From positions 1-64,000 of the forward strand of contig JAQBGU010000096.1 of NCBI GenBank assembly GCA_032128375.1: 64,000 nucleotides of DNA, written 5' to 3'. Positions 18,356 through 28,070 of the stretch are shown one piece after another. The first letter of the stretch is position 1; each line of letters starts with the position of its first letter. Position numbers and translations under genes: made by a program. Source of the stretch: Deltaproteobacteria bacterium (GTDB lineage Bacteria; Myxococcota_A; UBA9160; SMWR01). The notes under the pieces were generated by a model. That model was not told the origin of the DNA. It worked only from the letters and a program-made list of their open reading frames with translations, and searched no databases.

Positions 18356-19189
18356 TCAGTCGCGGTGTTTCAGGTTGGTGGTCGTGAAGATGTTGTCGTC
18401 GAACTCCTCATCGAAACGGAACTCGCTGATCTCGATCGACGTGCTATGCCCCTCTTTATCGTGGGGCGTCACTACCCAGTGGTGCGGCACGTGGCGACCC
18501 TTCACCTCTTTGATATCGGCGAATCGGATCGTTCGCAGCTTCACGCCGTCTTCGTCGTAGAACTCCTGGCGCAGCTGGGTGCCGTGTTCGATCCCGATCC
18601 ACGTCACGATTTTCCCCCAGACTACCGGCGCATCTTCGTGCGGGATGAACTCCAATACGTAGGCGCGCTCACCTTCGACGCCGCCCGGAGCGGGATCGAT
18701 TCCCAGCATCTTGTGGTCGTAGTCGTCGATCGTGCTCGATTCGTTTACCAGGTCGTCGTTCGAAAAATCGCTGCCCATCCACGGCTGCAGCATCATCGAT
18801 GGCGGGATGCGCAGAGTGCGTTCCACGCGTGGCACGTAGCTCCACAGGTTTGGGTGTAGCTTCAAGAACGCGGCGCCCTTGTCCTTGGCCGGCGCTTCGA
18901 TGCGAATGAACGAGCGCTTTTCGGCGCGATCGTCCCAGGATTTGAATACGACCACGCGCGGTTGCGAGAGCCGCGGTGACCGGATCGTCATCGCGGCGTC
19001 CATATAGGTTCGGTCGCTGCGAAGCGAATTCTCCGCGCGAAGCGCGACCTCGCGCGGGTCAATGTCTTGCGGTGCGGACTCGAGATGAGTGAGCGATTCT
19101 TCCGGGTCGACGGAATCAGCCGATACCGGAAGCGTGAATGCAAAGCTGATGGTGAGGAAAAGGAGGACTCCGAGACACACCTCTCGCAC
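18356..19189 (-). CDS. Outer-membrane lipoprotein-sorting protein (LolA-like family)
   Basis: Signal peptide after SD GGAGG/GTG; PAKDKG.AFLK, LW.Y.P.VER, WMGSDFSNDD, FTTTNL motifs. Confidence 0.8.
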   Translation of the reverse strand: MREVCLGVLLFLTISFAFTLPVSADSVDPEESLTHLESAPQDIDPREVALRAENSLRSDRTYMDAAMTIRSPRLSQPRVVVFKSWDDRAEKRSFIRIEAPAKDKGAAFLKLHPNLWSYVPRVERTLRIPPSMMLQPWMGSDFSNDDLVNESSTIDDYDHKMLGIDPAPGGVEGERAYVLEFIPHEDAPVVWGKIVTWIGIEHGTQLRQEFYDEDGVKLRTIRFADIKEVKGRHVPHHWVVTPHDKEGHSTSIEISEFRFDEEFDDNIFTTTNLKHRD

Positions 19190-19374
19190 GATTCCTCCAG
19201 TCGACATCCGCGGGCGCGGCGCGACTATAACACCATCTCCAATCCGGCTGCAGCCCGTCACGAACGATGGGCCACAGCGCACTTGCAGTACAGTGCGAAC
19301 GCGCCGCAGCGCCCACGTTTCGGTAGCGTCCTGGTGGCGAAACGGTCGAAAGCCGCTCGAGGAGGGTCCCCTGC

Positions 19375-20460
19375 ATGTTGCCGTTGATCGTCGCGCTGGC
19401 CGTGACACTCGCCAGTCTCGGGCTCTACCTGTGGATGTCATTTCGCTGGCTCCGGACAGAGACGGGCGGAGACCGTTACTTTGCCAGACCGATCGCAAGG
19501 CGCCGAGAGTTGAAGGCCCAGATCGCGCGCCGGGCGCGGGCGTTTGTTCCGATTGTGGCAGCCCTGAATCGCGTCATTCCTTCACCATCGTTCGAGCGCA
19601 AGTTTCGCGGTGTGGCGTTCAATCCGATGATCTGCCCGCGACACACATTCGAGGCCGCCACCCGGTACACACCAGACTCCGGCGACATCTTCATCGCCAC
19701 GCAGATGAAATGCGGCACGACCTGGATGCAACAAGTGGTCTACGAAGTCTTGTCTGCTGGGAAGGGAGACCTCAGCGACTCGGGCCACCGGCACATGTAC
19801 GCGCTGTCGCCGTGGATCGAGTCGGGTGCATCTGTCTCGATGCAGGCGGCGCCCCGAATCGGGAGCACAGGGAAGCGCATCATCAAGACGCACTTCCCAT
19901 CCAGCCTGTGTCCCTATTCCGAGGCCGCCCGATACATTTATGTCGCTCGCCACCCGGTTGCCTGCTTCGCGAGCTGCATGGACTTCATCCGCTTCCTGGC
20001 AGGGCCGATGGCGCCGTCGAGGCAGAAATTTCTCGGAAAATACTGCAGCGCCGAAATGTGGTGGCAGTCCTGGCCGGAGCACGTTGCGGGATGGTGGAAC
20101 TGGTCGATCGACCGGCGCAATGTGCTGTTCATCCACTACGAGGACATGCTCTCGGATCTCGGAGCGCAGGTCGACCGCGTCGCGGCTTTTCTCGATACGG
20201 CGCTCGCTCGGGATGAAAGGAGCGAGGTCATCCGCAAGAGTCAATTTGCGTATATGAAGGAACGCGAAGAATATTTCGAGATGGCGTCGCCCACCTACTT
20301 CAGCATGGCGGGCGGAAGCTACTTTACCAGCGGGCGCGCCGATCGCGACCAGGATGTCGGACCCGCCGAACGCGAGCGCATCATGGCGTATTGCCGCAAG
20401 CAACTCGCGGGGTCGCACTACCCGCTGGGTCGATTCTATCCGGATGTGGCGGGGCCGTAG
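19375..20460 (+). CDS. PAPS-dependent sulfotransferase (Sulfotransfer_1) with N-terminal membrane anchor
   Basis: 5'-PSB loop ATQMKCGTTW, IIKTH, 3'-PB motif YVARHPVACFAS, IHYEDM; SD GGAGG. Confidence 0.85.
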   Translation: MLPLIVALAVTLASLGLYLWMSFRWLRTETGGDRYFARPIARRRELKAQIARRARAFVPIVAALNRVIPSPSFERKFRGVAFNPMICPRHTFEAATRYTPDSGDIFIATQMKCGTTWMQQVVYEVLSAGKGDLSDSGHRHMYALSPWIESGASVSMQAAPRIGSTGKRIIKTHFPSSLCPYSEAARYIYVARHPVACFASCMDFIRFLAGPMAPSRQKFLGKYCSAEMWWQSWPEHVAGWWNWSIDRRNVLFIHYEDMLSDLGAQVDRVAAFLDTALARDERSEVIRKSQFAYMKEREEYFEMASPTYFSMAGGSYFTSGRADRDQDVGPAERERIMAYCRKQLAGSHYPLGRFYPDVAGP

Positions 20461-20484
20461 CACGGCGACGTTCGGGCAGCGGCT

Positions 20485-23334
20485 CTATCGGCGGGTGCTC
20501 CGCTCCCACCCCTCGCCGTTTCGTTTCAACTCGGTCGTCGGCCAGAATTGCAGGTCGAGTTTCAGCGTGATTACGTCGATTCGGCCATCGAGCGATACCG
20601 TCTGCAGCCGTACAGAACTGCGATCAGGCCGGCCCGACACCGCAGCGATGAACTCGTCGAGGTCAGCAATCGGTTGGTTGTCCACCGCGACGATCCGACG
20701 TGTCGCTGCGAGCCCGTAGCGGTTGGCTGGTGATCCGTACCAGAACCACGCAACGTACACGCCAGAGGGGTCCGCCCCACCCTGCTCTGCGATCGCGAGG
20801 TGCGGCGCCTGAAGAACCGCTCCCGCCCAGAAGAGTGCGCGATCGGTCCCCTTTCCGTCGAGCACGGCCGTCGGGACATCGCGCGTCAGCAGATTGCCAT
20901 TGCGAAGCAACGTGACCCGGACGAGGGGAGCCTGGGCGGCGCGTTCGACTTCGTCGAACGCGGTCACCGTCTGGTCGTTGACCGCCAGGATCAGATCTCC
21001 GACCTGCAAGATCTCGGCAGACGGCATGCCGATCGTGACGCGCGAAATTGAGAGCGCCCGCCTCGTTCCACGGTGGTGCCGTTCGAGCTTGCGTGCGGCC
21101 GGCTCGGACAACCCGCGCGACCGCGCATCGGCCAACGTGAGTGGACGAAGCTCTACGCCGAGCGATCGCCAATTCACGCGGCGTCCTTCGCGCAGCGGGG
21201 CGATGATCTCTTCGATTCGCTCGGCATCGATGCCTGCGAAGTACGACTGTGGGGGTATGCCGCTGCCGGCCGAGAAGGAGGCCCACAGCGCGTGCACGCG
21301 CCCCTTCTTGTCCGCGATGACACCACCGACCGTCGCCGGCGTGTCCTCCAGAAGCACGACTTCGAGATTCTTCTCTCGAAAACGCGGCGGCGAGGTCAGC
21401 GGCAGCGCTGGGTTGGCGACCGACTCGACGCGGCTTTTTCGCGACACCATCTCGTGATCATCGCCCAGCCCGACGAGCCAGACCTCATCGCCTTTTTCCA
21501 GCTGGGCCGGGGTCAGCTGCGCGCTGCGAATCGGCGTATCCCCGAGTCGTGTGGGGTCGTAGCCGACGACGGCGAGATTGTGATCAGGGTGGATATAGAT
21601 GACCTCGCCGGGGACCTCTACCGAGGCGGCAAAAACCAACTTCACATCCCCCATCGCGATCGGCACCGTCTCGCGGTCGACCACCACGAGCCCCGCCTCG
21701 GCGTCCACCACGAGCCCAGAACCCTTGAATCGATCTGCGTGGATTCCGTCAATCCGAAACGGCACGTCGAATTCCACCATCACGAGCGAATGGGCGAGGT
21801 CTCGCATCGGTCGCTCGAGCTCTCTGTCGAAGGTCGTGACCGCGGGTGCGGGGGATTCCGATGCGGGCGCGGCGGGTGACATCTCGCACGGCCAGCTACC
21901 GGTCGCGTCGTCGCGCTTACACCGATTCATCGGGAACCAAAGTCGATCTACGTTGACGATGGCCAGCGATTCCGCCTGCGGGTGTGCAATGTCGAAGTAG
22001 CGCACCGCAACATTCGATCCATCGGGCAGCGCCGCCCAACGGCTTTCGAAATCTGCGAGATCGTCGACCGGTTCACCCGCGAGTTCCGTGATCACCGCAC
22101 CGCGGACGATGCCCGCGCGGGTCAGCGCGTAGCCTGCAGCCGCAACATACAAGCCCTGTACCGGGACACCCCGATTGCGCGCCTGCTGGTACGACAGCGG
22201 ATGCACGATCCCGCCCCCGGTCTCGAGGTAGCTGCCCGGCGTTATCGAATGGAGATCCTGAACCTCGACGCTGGCTCGGACGGTCTTGCCGCCGCGCTCC
22301 AACAACAGCTCGACCGTCTCGCCCACGCTGGCGTCGAGCAGCGACTCGAGCCCCAGAAAACCGGTCGAGTAGGTATCACCAAAACCCAGCAGGATATCGC
22401 CCACTTTGAGTTTCGCGTGGCCCGGCCCGCCCGGGACGACCTCGTCGACGACCAGCAGGCCGGTGGCTTCGGGAAAACGCTCGCGAAGCGCGCCCTCCGT
22501 CTCGGGTCGCAGCCCGAGCCGCCTCAATTCGTCATAGGGTCGATTGACGAACACCGTCTGCAGTGTGCCGCGAGAAACGGGCTGACCACTCCGGATCAGC
22601 TCGAGTGCGCGCACGATTCGATCGAGTGGCAGGTAGTAGCTCGACGACGCCAGCTGGTTGCCTCCCGCATTGAGCGCCACGACATGCCCGTGTACGTCCA
22701 CCACCGGGGACCCGGACGAGCCGCCGGAAGTCGCCGACGCCGCCTGGTAGTAGAATGTGTTGAAATCGTTGTACCCCTCGCGGCCATACCGCGGCGCATC
22801 GCGGTCGAGCCGCGCGAGCGTCCCGGACAGGATCGACAGTTTTTCTCCCGCGTCGTTCCCGACCACTCGAATCTCGGCTCCAACGACCGCGTGATCGGCG
22901 ACCAGCGGCAGTTCAGTGGGCTTCATGAATTCGACGGCGCTGGGGTCGTACTGGTAGAACCCGAAGTCGTGTACAGGGTCGCGGTAGATCACCTTGACTT
23001 CGACTTCCTCGTGATTCAAGAAGACGGCTTCGGCGACGACGGGACCCGGGTTGGCGACATGCCGATTGGTGAGAATCAACCCCCGCTCGGCGTCTACGAC
23101 GAAACCAGTCGCCATCGTAGATGCCGCATTCTCCGTGTCGAACGAACGCGGAATACTGACCCGCAACACGACAACGCCGGACGCGACTCGCTCGAGCGCC
23201 TGCTGCCAACCGTTGACCGGTGGTCCGGCCGATGCCGGGGCCGAGAGCAGCGAGAACAGCGCCAGTGCGGGCAGTATCGCCCAGGCGGCCGAACCGGTTA
23301 GTCGCGCTCCGCGATACCGGCTATGCCGACGAAT
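20485..23334 (-). CDS. Nma111/Deg7-type HtrA serine protease (protease-PDZ-PDZ, duplicated); start uncertain
   Basis: Triad LILTNRHV / DPVHDFG / TSGGSSGSPV. The second protease-like domain lacks His and Ser. First canonical start is GTG 23169, but the frame stays open upstream and encodes a signal peptide; 23334 is a candidate ATT start. Confidence 0.85.
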   Translation of the reverse strand: MRRHSRYRGARLTGSAAWAILPALALFSLLSAPASAGPPVNGWQQALERVASGVVVLRVSIPRSFDTENAASTMATGFVVDAERGLILTNRHVANPGPVVAEAVFLNHEEVEVKVIYRDPVHDFGFYQYDPSAVEFMKPTELPLVADHAVVGAEIRVVGNDAGEKLSILSGTLARLDRDAPRYGREGYNDFNTFYYQAASATSGGSSGSPVVDVHGHVVALNAGGNQLASSSYYLPLDRIVRALELIRSGQPVSRGTLQTVFVNRPYDELRRLGLRPETEGALRERFPEATGLLVVDEVVPGGPGHAKLKVGDILLGFGDTYSTGFLGLESLLDASVGETVELLLERGGKTVRASVEVQDLHSITPGSYLETGGGIVHPLSYQQARNRGVPVQGLYVAAAGYALTRAGIVRGAVITELAGEPVDDLADFESRWAALPDGSNVAVRYFDIAHPQAESLAIVNVDRLWFPMNRCKRDDATGSWPCEMSPAAPASESPAPAVTTFDRELERPMRDLAHSLVMVEFDVPFRIDGIHADRFKGSGLVVDAEAGLVVVDRETVPIAMGDVKLVFAASVEVPGEVIYIHPDHNLAVVGYDPTRLGDTPIRSAQLTPAQLEKGDEVWLVGLGDDHEMVSRKSRVESVANPALPLTSPPRFREKNLEVVLLEDTPATVGGVIADKKGRVHALWASFSAGSGIPPQSYFAGIDAERIEEIIAPLREGRRVNWRSLGVELRPLTLADARSRGLSEPAARKLERHHRGTRRALSISRVTIGMPSAEILQVGDLILAVNDQTVTAFDEVERAAQAPLVRVTLLRNGNLLTRDVPTAVLDGKGTDRALFWAGAVLQAPHLAIAEQGGADPSGVYVAWFWYGSPANRYGLAATRRIVAVDNQPIADLDEFIAAVSGRPDRSSVRLQTVSLDGRIDVITLKLDLQFWPTTELKRNGEGWERSTRR

Positions 23335-23938
23335 TTTCGCCCGCCACTGCGATGCGATCCAGATATCGCTTCACGTATTTTCCGAGCACGTCCGCTTCGA
23401 GGTTCACAGGGTCTCCAGGGTCGCAGTCAGACAGCGTCGTGACGTCCAGCGTGTGCGGAATCAACGCCACGTCGAATCCGGATTCCCAAACGCCCACCAC
23501 CGTCAGCGACACACCGTCTACCGCGACCGATCCCTTCTCGACGAGGAAGTCAGCGATTTCGGGGCCGCAGTCGATGGCGAGGCGCACATCGTCCCCATCC
23601 CGAGTCAGCGCGCGCACGCAGCCGATCCCGTCGACGTGGCCCTGTACGATGTGCCCATCCAGCCGATCGCTGGCGCGCATGGCACGCTCGAGGTTCACCC
23701 GCGAGCCGACCGCCAGCGCACCCATCGAAGTGCGATCCAGTGTCTCGCGGATCGCATCGAAGCCCAGCCGTGGGCCATCGATCACAGTGACTGTGAGACA
23801 TCCCCCGTTGACGGCGATGCTGTCACCGATCCCCACGCCTTCGACGATCGACGGCGCTTCGATGGTCAGTCGGGTCAAATCGCCACACTGTTCGATCTGG
23901 GAGACGACTCCAACGGTTTCTACGATCCCGGTGAACAC
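23321..23938 (-). CDS. ribE: Riboflavin synthase (alpha type)
   Basis: MFTGIVE, GDSIAVNGGCLTV, GHIVQGHVD, GSVAVDGVSLT, LIPHT, VNLEAD. Confidence 0.96.
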   Translation of the reverse strand: MFTGIVETVGVVSQIEQCGDLTRLTIEAPSIVEGVGIGDSIAVNGGCLTVTVIDGPRLGFDAIRETLDRTSMGALAVGSRVNLERAMRASDRLDGHIVQGHVDGIGCVRALTRDGDDVRLAIDCGPEIADFLVEKGSVAVDGVSLTVVGVWESGFDVALIPHTLDVTTLSDCDPGDPVNLEADVLGKYVKRYLDRIAVAGENSSA

Positions 23939-23944
23939 GACCGG

Positions 23945-25327
23945 CTAACCGGCCTGGCCGCGCCGGTCGAGCTGCCGGAACATCTCGTCGCGAACGACTT
24001 GATAATTGGCTGCAAGCTCCACGGGTGGGTTGGCGAGCGTGGATTCGATGCCCGAGAGTTCCATTCGGTGATAGCTGACTTTCTGCTCCACGAATTTCAA
24101 TCCGTGCGCAGTCGACAACACGACGACCCGATCATTCTTGTTGATCTCGCCTCGCGACACGACCTTCTCCAGCGCTGCCAGCGCTACGCCCGTGTGCGGG
24201 CAGTTGAACAGACCGGTTCGATCTGCTCGCGCGCATGAATCGGCGATCTCGTTCTCACTCGCCTGCTCGACGATGCCGCCGTAGCGCTTCAACGCGTCGA
24301 TCGCCTTGTCGATCGACACCGGATTACCGATCTGGATCGCGGTCGCGAGCGTCGGGCGCGCGGCGATCGGCTCATACACCTCGAACCCGCGCTTGAACGA
24401 CAGATACAGCGGATTGGCCGCTTCGGCCTGTGCACAGATGATCCGGGGTCGGCGATTGATCAGCCCCAGATCGATCATCATATCGAGCCCCTTGGCGAGC
24501 GCCGATACGTTGCCGAGGTTGCCACCGGGAATCACCATCCAATCGGGTGCCTCCCAGTCGAATTGCTGAACAATTTCAATGCCGACCGTCTTCTGGCCTT
24601 CGATCCGCAGACTGTTCATCGAGTTGGCGAGATACACACCGTCATTTTCGGCTACCTGCTTGACGATATTCATGCATCCGTCGAAGTCGGTATCGAGTGC
24701 GAAAACGATCGCACCGTTTGCGACCGGCTGAATCAATTGCGCGATCGAGACCTTTCCCCTGGGCAGGAAGACGATCGCAGGAATTCCCGCAGCAGCCGCG
24801 TAGGCGGCCAGCGCGGCCGAGGTGTCGCCAGTGGAAGCACACGCAACAGCACGGACATACGCGCCTTTGGCGATCATGTCCTTCACCTGCGAGACGAGCG
24901 CCGTCATGCCGAGGTCCTTGAATGAACCTGTGTGCGTGTTGCCGCATTGCTTGATCCACAGGTCCTTCAGACCCAGTTGTTTTCCGTAGCGATCGGCCCA
25001 GAAGAGATTGGTGTTGCCCTCGTACATCGAGACGACATTTGCGTTGTCGATCCCGGGCAAGACCCACTCTTTCTTGCCCCAGACACCAGACGCGTAGGGC
25101 CAATCGGTCGAGTGCGATCGAGTCTTGAAGATTCGTTTCCACTCATCGGCCGACGTCTTGCGCAATTCGGCGATATCGTGCTGCACCTCGAGCAGCGCTC
25201 CGTCTCTCGCCTTGTAGATGATATCATCGAGCTCATATCGCTCTGTCGCGTCGGAGATACTCTGAAACCATGCCCTGTATTGGGGCTTTGACTCAGACGA
25301 GTCGTGCGAGTCTGACTTCTCATTCAT
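23945..25327 (-). CDS. thrC: Threonine synthase
   Basis: [10 protein letters not shown] (PLP lysine), [37 protein letters not shown]. Confidence 0.95.
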   Translation of the reverse strand: MNEKSDSHDSSESKPQYRAWFQSISDATERYELDDIIYKARDGALLEVQHDIAELRKTSADEWKRIFKTRSHSTDWPYASGVWGKKEWVLPGIDNANVVSMYEGNTNLFWADRYGKQLGLKDLWIKQCGNTHTGSFKDLGMTALVSQVKDMIAKGAYVRAVACASTGDTSAALAAYAAAAGIPAIVFLPRGKVSIAQLIQPVANGAIVFALDTDFDGCMNIVKQVAENDGVYLANSMNSLRIEGQKTVGIEIVQQFDWEAPDWMVIPGGNLGNVSALAKGLDMMIDLGLINRRPRIICAQAEAANPLYLSFKRGFEVYEPIAARPTLATAIQIGNPVSIDKAIDALKRYGGIVEQASENEIADSCARADRTGLFNCPHTGVALAALEKVVSRGEINKNDRVVVLSTAHGLKFVEQKVSYHRMELSGIESTLANPPVELAANYQVVRDEMFRQLDRRGQAG

Positions 25328-25329
25328 CT

Positions 25330-26685
25330 CTACAACCCCTCCTCGATTCGGATCAATCGGGTGGGGGCCACGACGTCACCGAGCCGATCGATCTCCGCTA
25401 ATGCTCCGCGCAGTGCCAACTCTGGTGCGAGGTGGGTCTGCATCAAGACCGGTACCGACGCCACCGGACCCGCCCTCCCCTTCTGAATCACCGACGCGAT
25501 ACCGATTTCGTACTCGCCCAGCACACCCGTGATTTGCGCAAGCACTCCCGGTCGATCGACCACGGTAAAGCGCAGATAGGCTCGACCGTTCAACTCCCTC
25601 AGAGACAACAGCGGTTTTGGTGTGAATTGCTTCGGTTGGTAAGACAGCGGCGGAACGCGCCCGGCGGCACCCCGGCGCAGATCGCGCGCGATCTCGATCA
25701 GGTCGCCCACCACGGCGCTAGCGGTCGGCATCTCGCCCGCGCCGGCGCCGTAGTAGAGGGTCCGACCGACCGCATCACCGGTGACTGCCACCGCGTTCAT
25801 CGCACCGGCAACGCTGGCGAGCAAGCTGGCGCGCGGGATCATTGTCGGGTGGACACGCGCTTCGATCCGCTCGCTGCCCCCCGCGGCGGCAGGCGGGTGC
25901 GATTTCGCGATGCCCAACAACTTGATCCGATATCCGAACTCTTCGGCGGCTTCGAAATCCACCGGCAACAGGCCCCGAATTCCCTCGGTCGGGATCTCCT
26001 TGTACGTCAGCTCCGCTCCGAAAGCCATCGCCGCCAGCAGCGCGAGCTTGTGAGCGGCGTCGATCCCATCCAGGTCAAACGTCGGGTCGGCTTCCGCGTA
26101 GCCCAGATCCTGTGCGCGCTTGACGACGACATCGAAATCCTCTCCGGTCTGTTCCATTTCCGTGAGGACGTAGTTCGTGGTGCCATTCATAATGCCGTGC
26201 AGGCTTTCGATCCGGTTCGCCGCAAGCCCCTCGCGAAGCGCACGGAGAACCGGAATCCCACCGCCGACGCTGGCTTCGAATGCGACGTCGACCTCGCGGC
26301 GGGCGGCCGCATCGAATATCTCCTTGCCGTGCAGTGCGAGGAGCGCCTTGTTGGCAGTGACCACGGGTTTCCCGGCATCGATCGCGCGCAAGATCATCCG
26401 CTTGGCGACGTCGAAGCCGCCAATCAGCTCGATCACGATCGATACCCGGGGATCCGCGATCAATGCATCTGCGTCGTTGTCGAAGCCAATCCCATCGAGA
26501 TCGACACCGCGGTCCGTATCGAGATCGAGATCGGCGATCCGCACCAGCCGCAGAGGGAACCCCAGTCGCTGTTCGATGACGTCCGCATTCTTTCTCAGCA
26601 ACTTGACGACACCCGTCCCGATCGTCCCGAATCCGATCAGACCGACGCCTATGCCGTTCTCCCCCGCGCGCACAGCATCGGCCAC
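25330..26685 (-). CDS. hom: Homoserine dehydrogenase with C-terminal ACT domain
   Basis: [43 protein letters not shown] (ACT). Confidence 0.95.
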   Translation of the reverse strand: MADAVRAGENGIGVGLIGFGTIGTGVVKLLRKNADVIEQRLGFPLRLVRIADLDLDTDRGVDLDGIGFDNDADALIADPRVSIVIELIGGFDVAKRMILRAIDAGKPVVTANKALLALHGKEIFDAAARREVDVAFEASVGGGIPVLRALREGLAANRIESLHGIMNGTTNYVLTEMEQTGEDFDVVVKRAQDLGYAEADPTFDLDGIDAAHKLALLAAMAFGAELTYKEIPTEGIRGLLPVDFEAAEEFGYRIKLLGIAKSHPPAAAGGSERIEARVHPTMIPRASLLASVAGAMNAVAVTGDAVGRTLYYGAGAGEMPTASAVVGDLIEIARDLRRGAAGRVPPLSYQPKQFTPKPLLSLRELNGRAYLRFTVVDRPGVLAQITGVLGEYEIGIASVIQKGRAGPVASVPVLMQTHLAPELALRGALAEIDRLGDVVAPTRLIRIEEGL

Positions 26686-26687
26686 GG

Positions 26688-27902
26688 CTACTTCTGCCCT
26701 GGGCCGGCCCGCAACAGGCGCCGAATCCCGCGAACCGCCTGTCGGATCCGGTGCCGATTTTCGATCAAGGCGAAGCGCACGTAGCCTTCACCGTTTTCAC
26801 CAAAGCCCACGCCGGCTGAGACCGCGACATTTGCCTCGACAAGCAATCGCTTGGAGAACTCCAGCGAACCCATGTCCCGAAACGCCTCCGGAATCCTGGC
26901 CCACACGAACATCGTGCCCAGCGGCGATTCGATCTTCCACGAGCCCTCACCAGGCGCCCCAAGCCCATCGATCAGCGCATCGCGTCGCAACCGATACTCC
27001 TCGACGTTCTCGTCGACACAATCTTGTGGGCCGCGGAGGGCGACGATCGCGCCGATCTGGATCGACTGTGGCATCCCGTAGTCGAGGTAACTTTTGATGC
27101 GCCCAAGTGCGTGGATCATTTCGGGGTTGCCGCACGCGAAGCCGACCCGCCATCCCGCCATCGAATGACTCTTCGAAAGCGATACGAACTCGATCGCGAT
27201 GTCTTTAGCGCCCGGCACTTCGAGGATACTGGGCGCCTTGTAGCCATCGAAGCACAACTCGGCGTAGGCAAAATCGTGCAACAACATCAAGTCGTGCTCG
27301 CGGGCGAAGTCTACGACCCTCTCCAGGAACGGCAGGTCGACGACCTGCGTGGTCGGGTTATGGGGAAACGAGATGATCAACATCTTCGGTTTCGGCCAGG
27401 TGGTCGCGATCGCGCGCTCGAGATTCTCGATAAAGTCCGTATCGGCAGTAAGCGGAACGTGCCGCAGGTCGCCGCCCGCGATGATCACAGAGTACTGGTG
27501 GATCGGATACGCCGGGTCTGGACACAGAACCACGTCGCCAGGTCCGATCGTCATCAACACGAAATGCGACAGGCCCTCTTTGGCACCCATCACCGCAATG
27601 GCCTCGCGCTCCGGGTCAAGCGACACCTGGTGGCGCCGTTCGTACCATTCGCAAATCGCCGCGCGAAGGTTCGGAACACCACGGGAAGCCGAATAACGGT
27701 GGTTACGGGGGTCGCGTGCCGCGTCGCAGATCTTTTCGACGACGTGAACCGGTGTCGCCAGGTCAGGGTTCCCCATTCCCAGATCGACGATGTCCTCGCC
27801 GGCCCGGCGCGCCGATTTCATCATTTCGATGACCTCGGCCAGGACATAAGGGGGCAAGCGATTGAGCTTGTTGAAGTCGTGTCGGATCGGTCCCGCCAGC
27901 AT
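26688..27902 (-). CDS. alaC: Class I/II PLP aminotransferase, AlaC-like
   Basis: [62 protein letters not shown]; lies upstream of hom-thrC. Confidence 0.8.
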   Translation of the reverse strand: MLAGPIRHDFNKLNRLPPYVLAEVIEMMKSARRAGEDIVDLGMGNPDLATPVHVVEKICDAARDPRNHRYSASRGVPNLRAAICEWYERRHQVSLDPEREAIAVMGAKEGLSHFVLMTIGPGDVVLCPDPAYPIHQYSVIIAGGDLRHVPLTADTDFIENLERAIATTWPKPKMLIISFPHNPTTQVVDLPFLERVVDFAREHDLMLLHDFAYAELCFDGYKAPSILEVPGAKDIAIEFVSLSKSHSMAGWRVGFACGNPEMIHALGRIKSYLDYGMPQSIQIGAIVALRGPQDCVDENVEEYRLRRDALIDGLGAPGEGSWKIESPLGTMFVWARIPEAFRDMGSLEFSKRLLVEANVAVSAGVGFGENGEGYVRFALIENRHRIRQAVRGIRRLLRAGPGQK

Positions 27903-28070
27903 CGCCTCGTACGCCTCGTCTTGTAGAACCGGTGCGGTTCATGATTGTTGCCGGTTTCGCGATCTCATGGGCCAGCCGCGGCAAACCACTGTCGAGACGT
28001 CATGCACGACGTCGCGTACCGGCTAATTGCGCAAGATTATTGAAGAAATCCGGTCTGGGCAAGCAGACAA

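Noticed and set aside
21982..26784. Long plus-strand ORFs opposite the protease, ribE, thrC and hom (e.g. 21982..23301, 23051..24238, 25432..26784)
   Set aside because: Typical high-GC antisense frames with no motifs, fully overlapping well-supported genes. The same applies to most alternative ORFs in the track.
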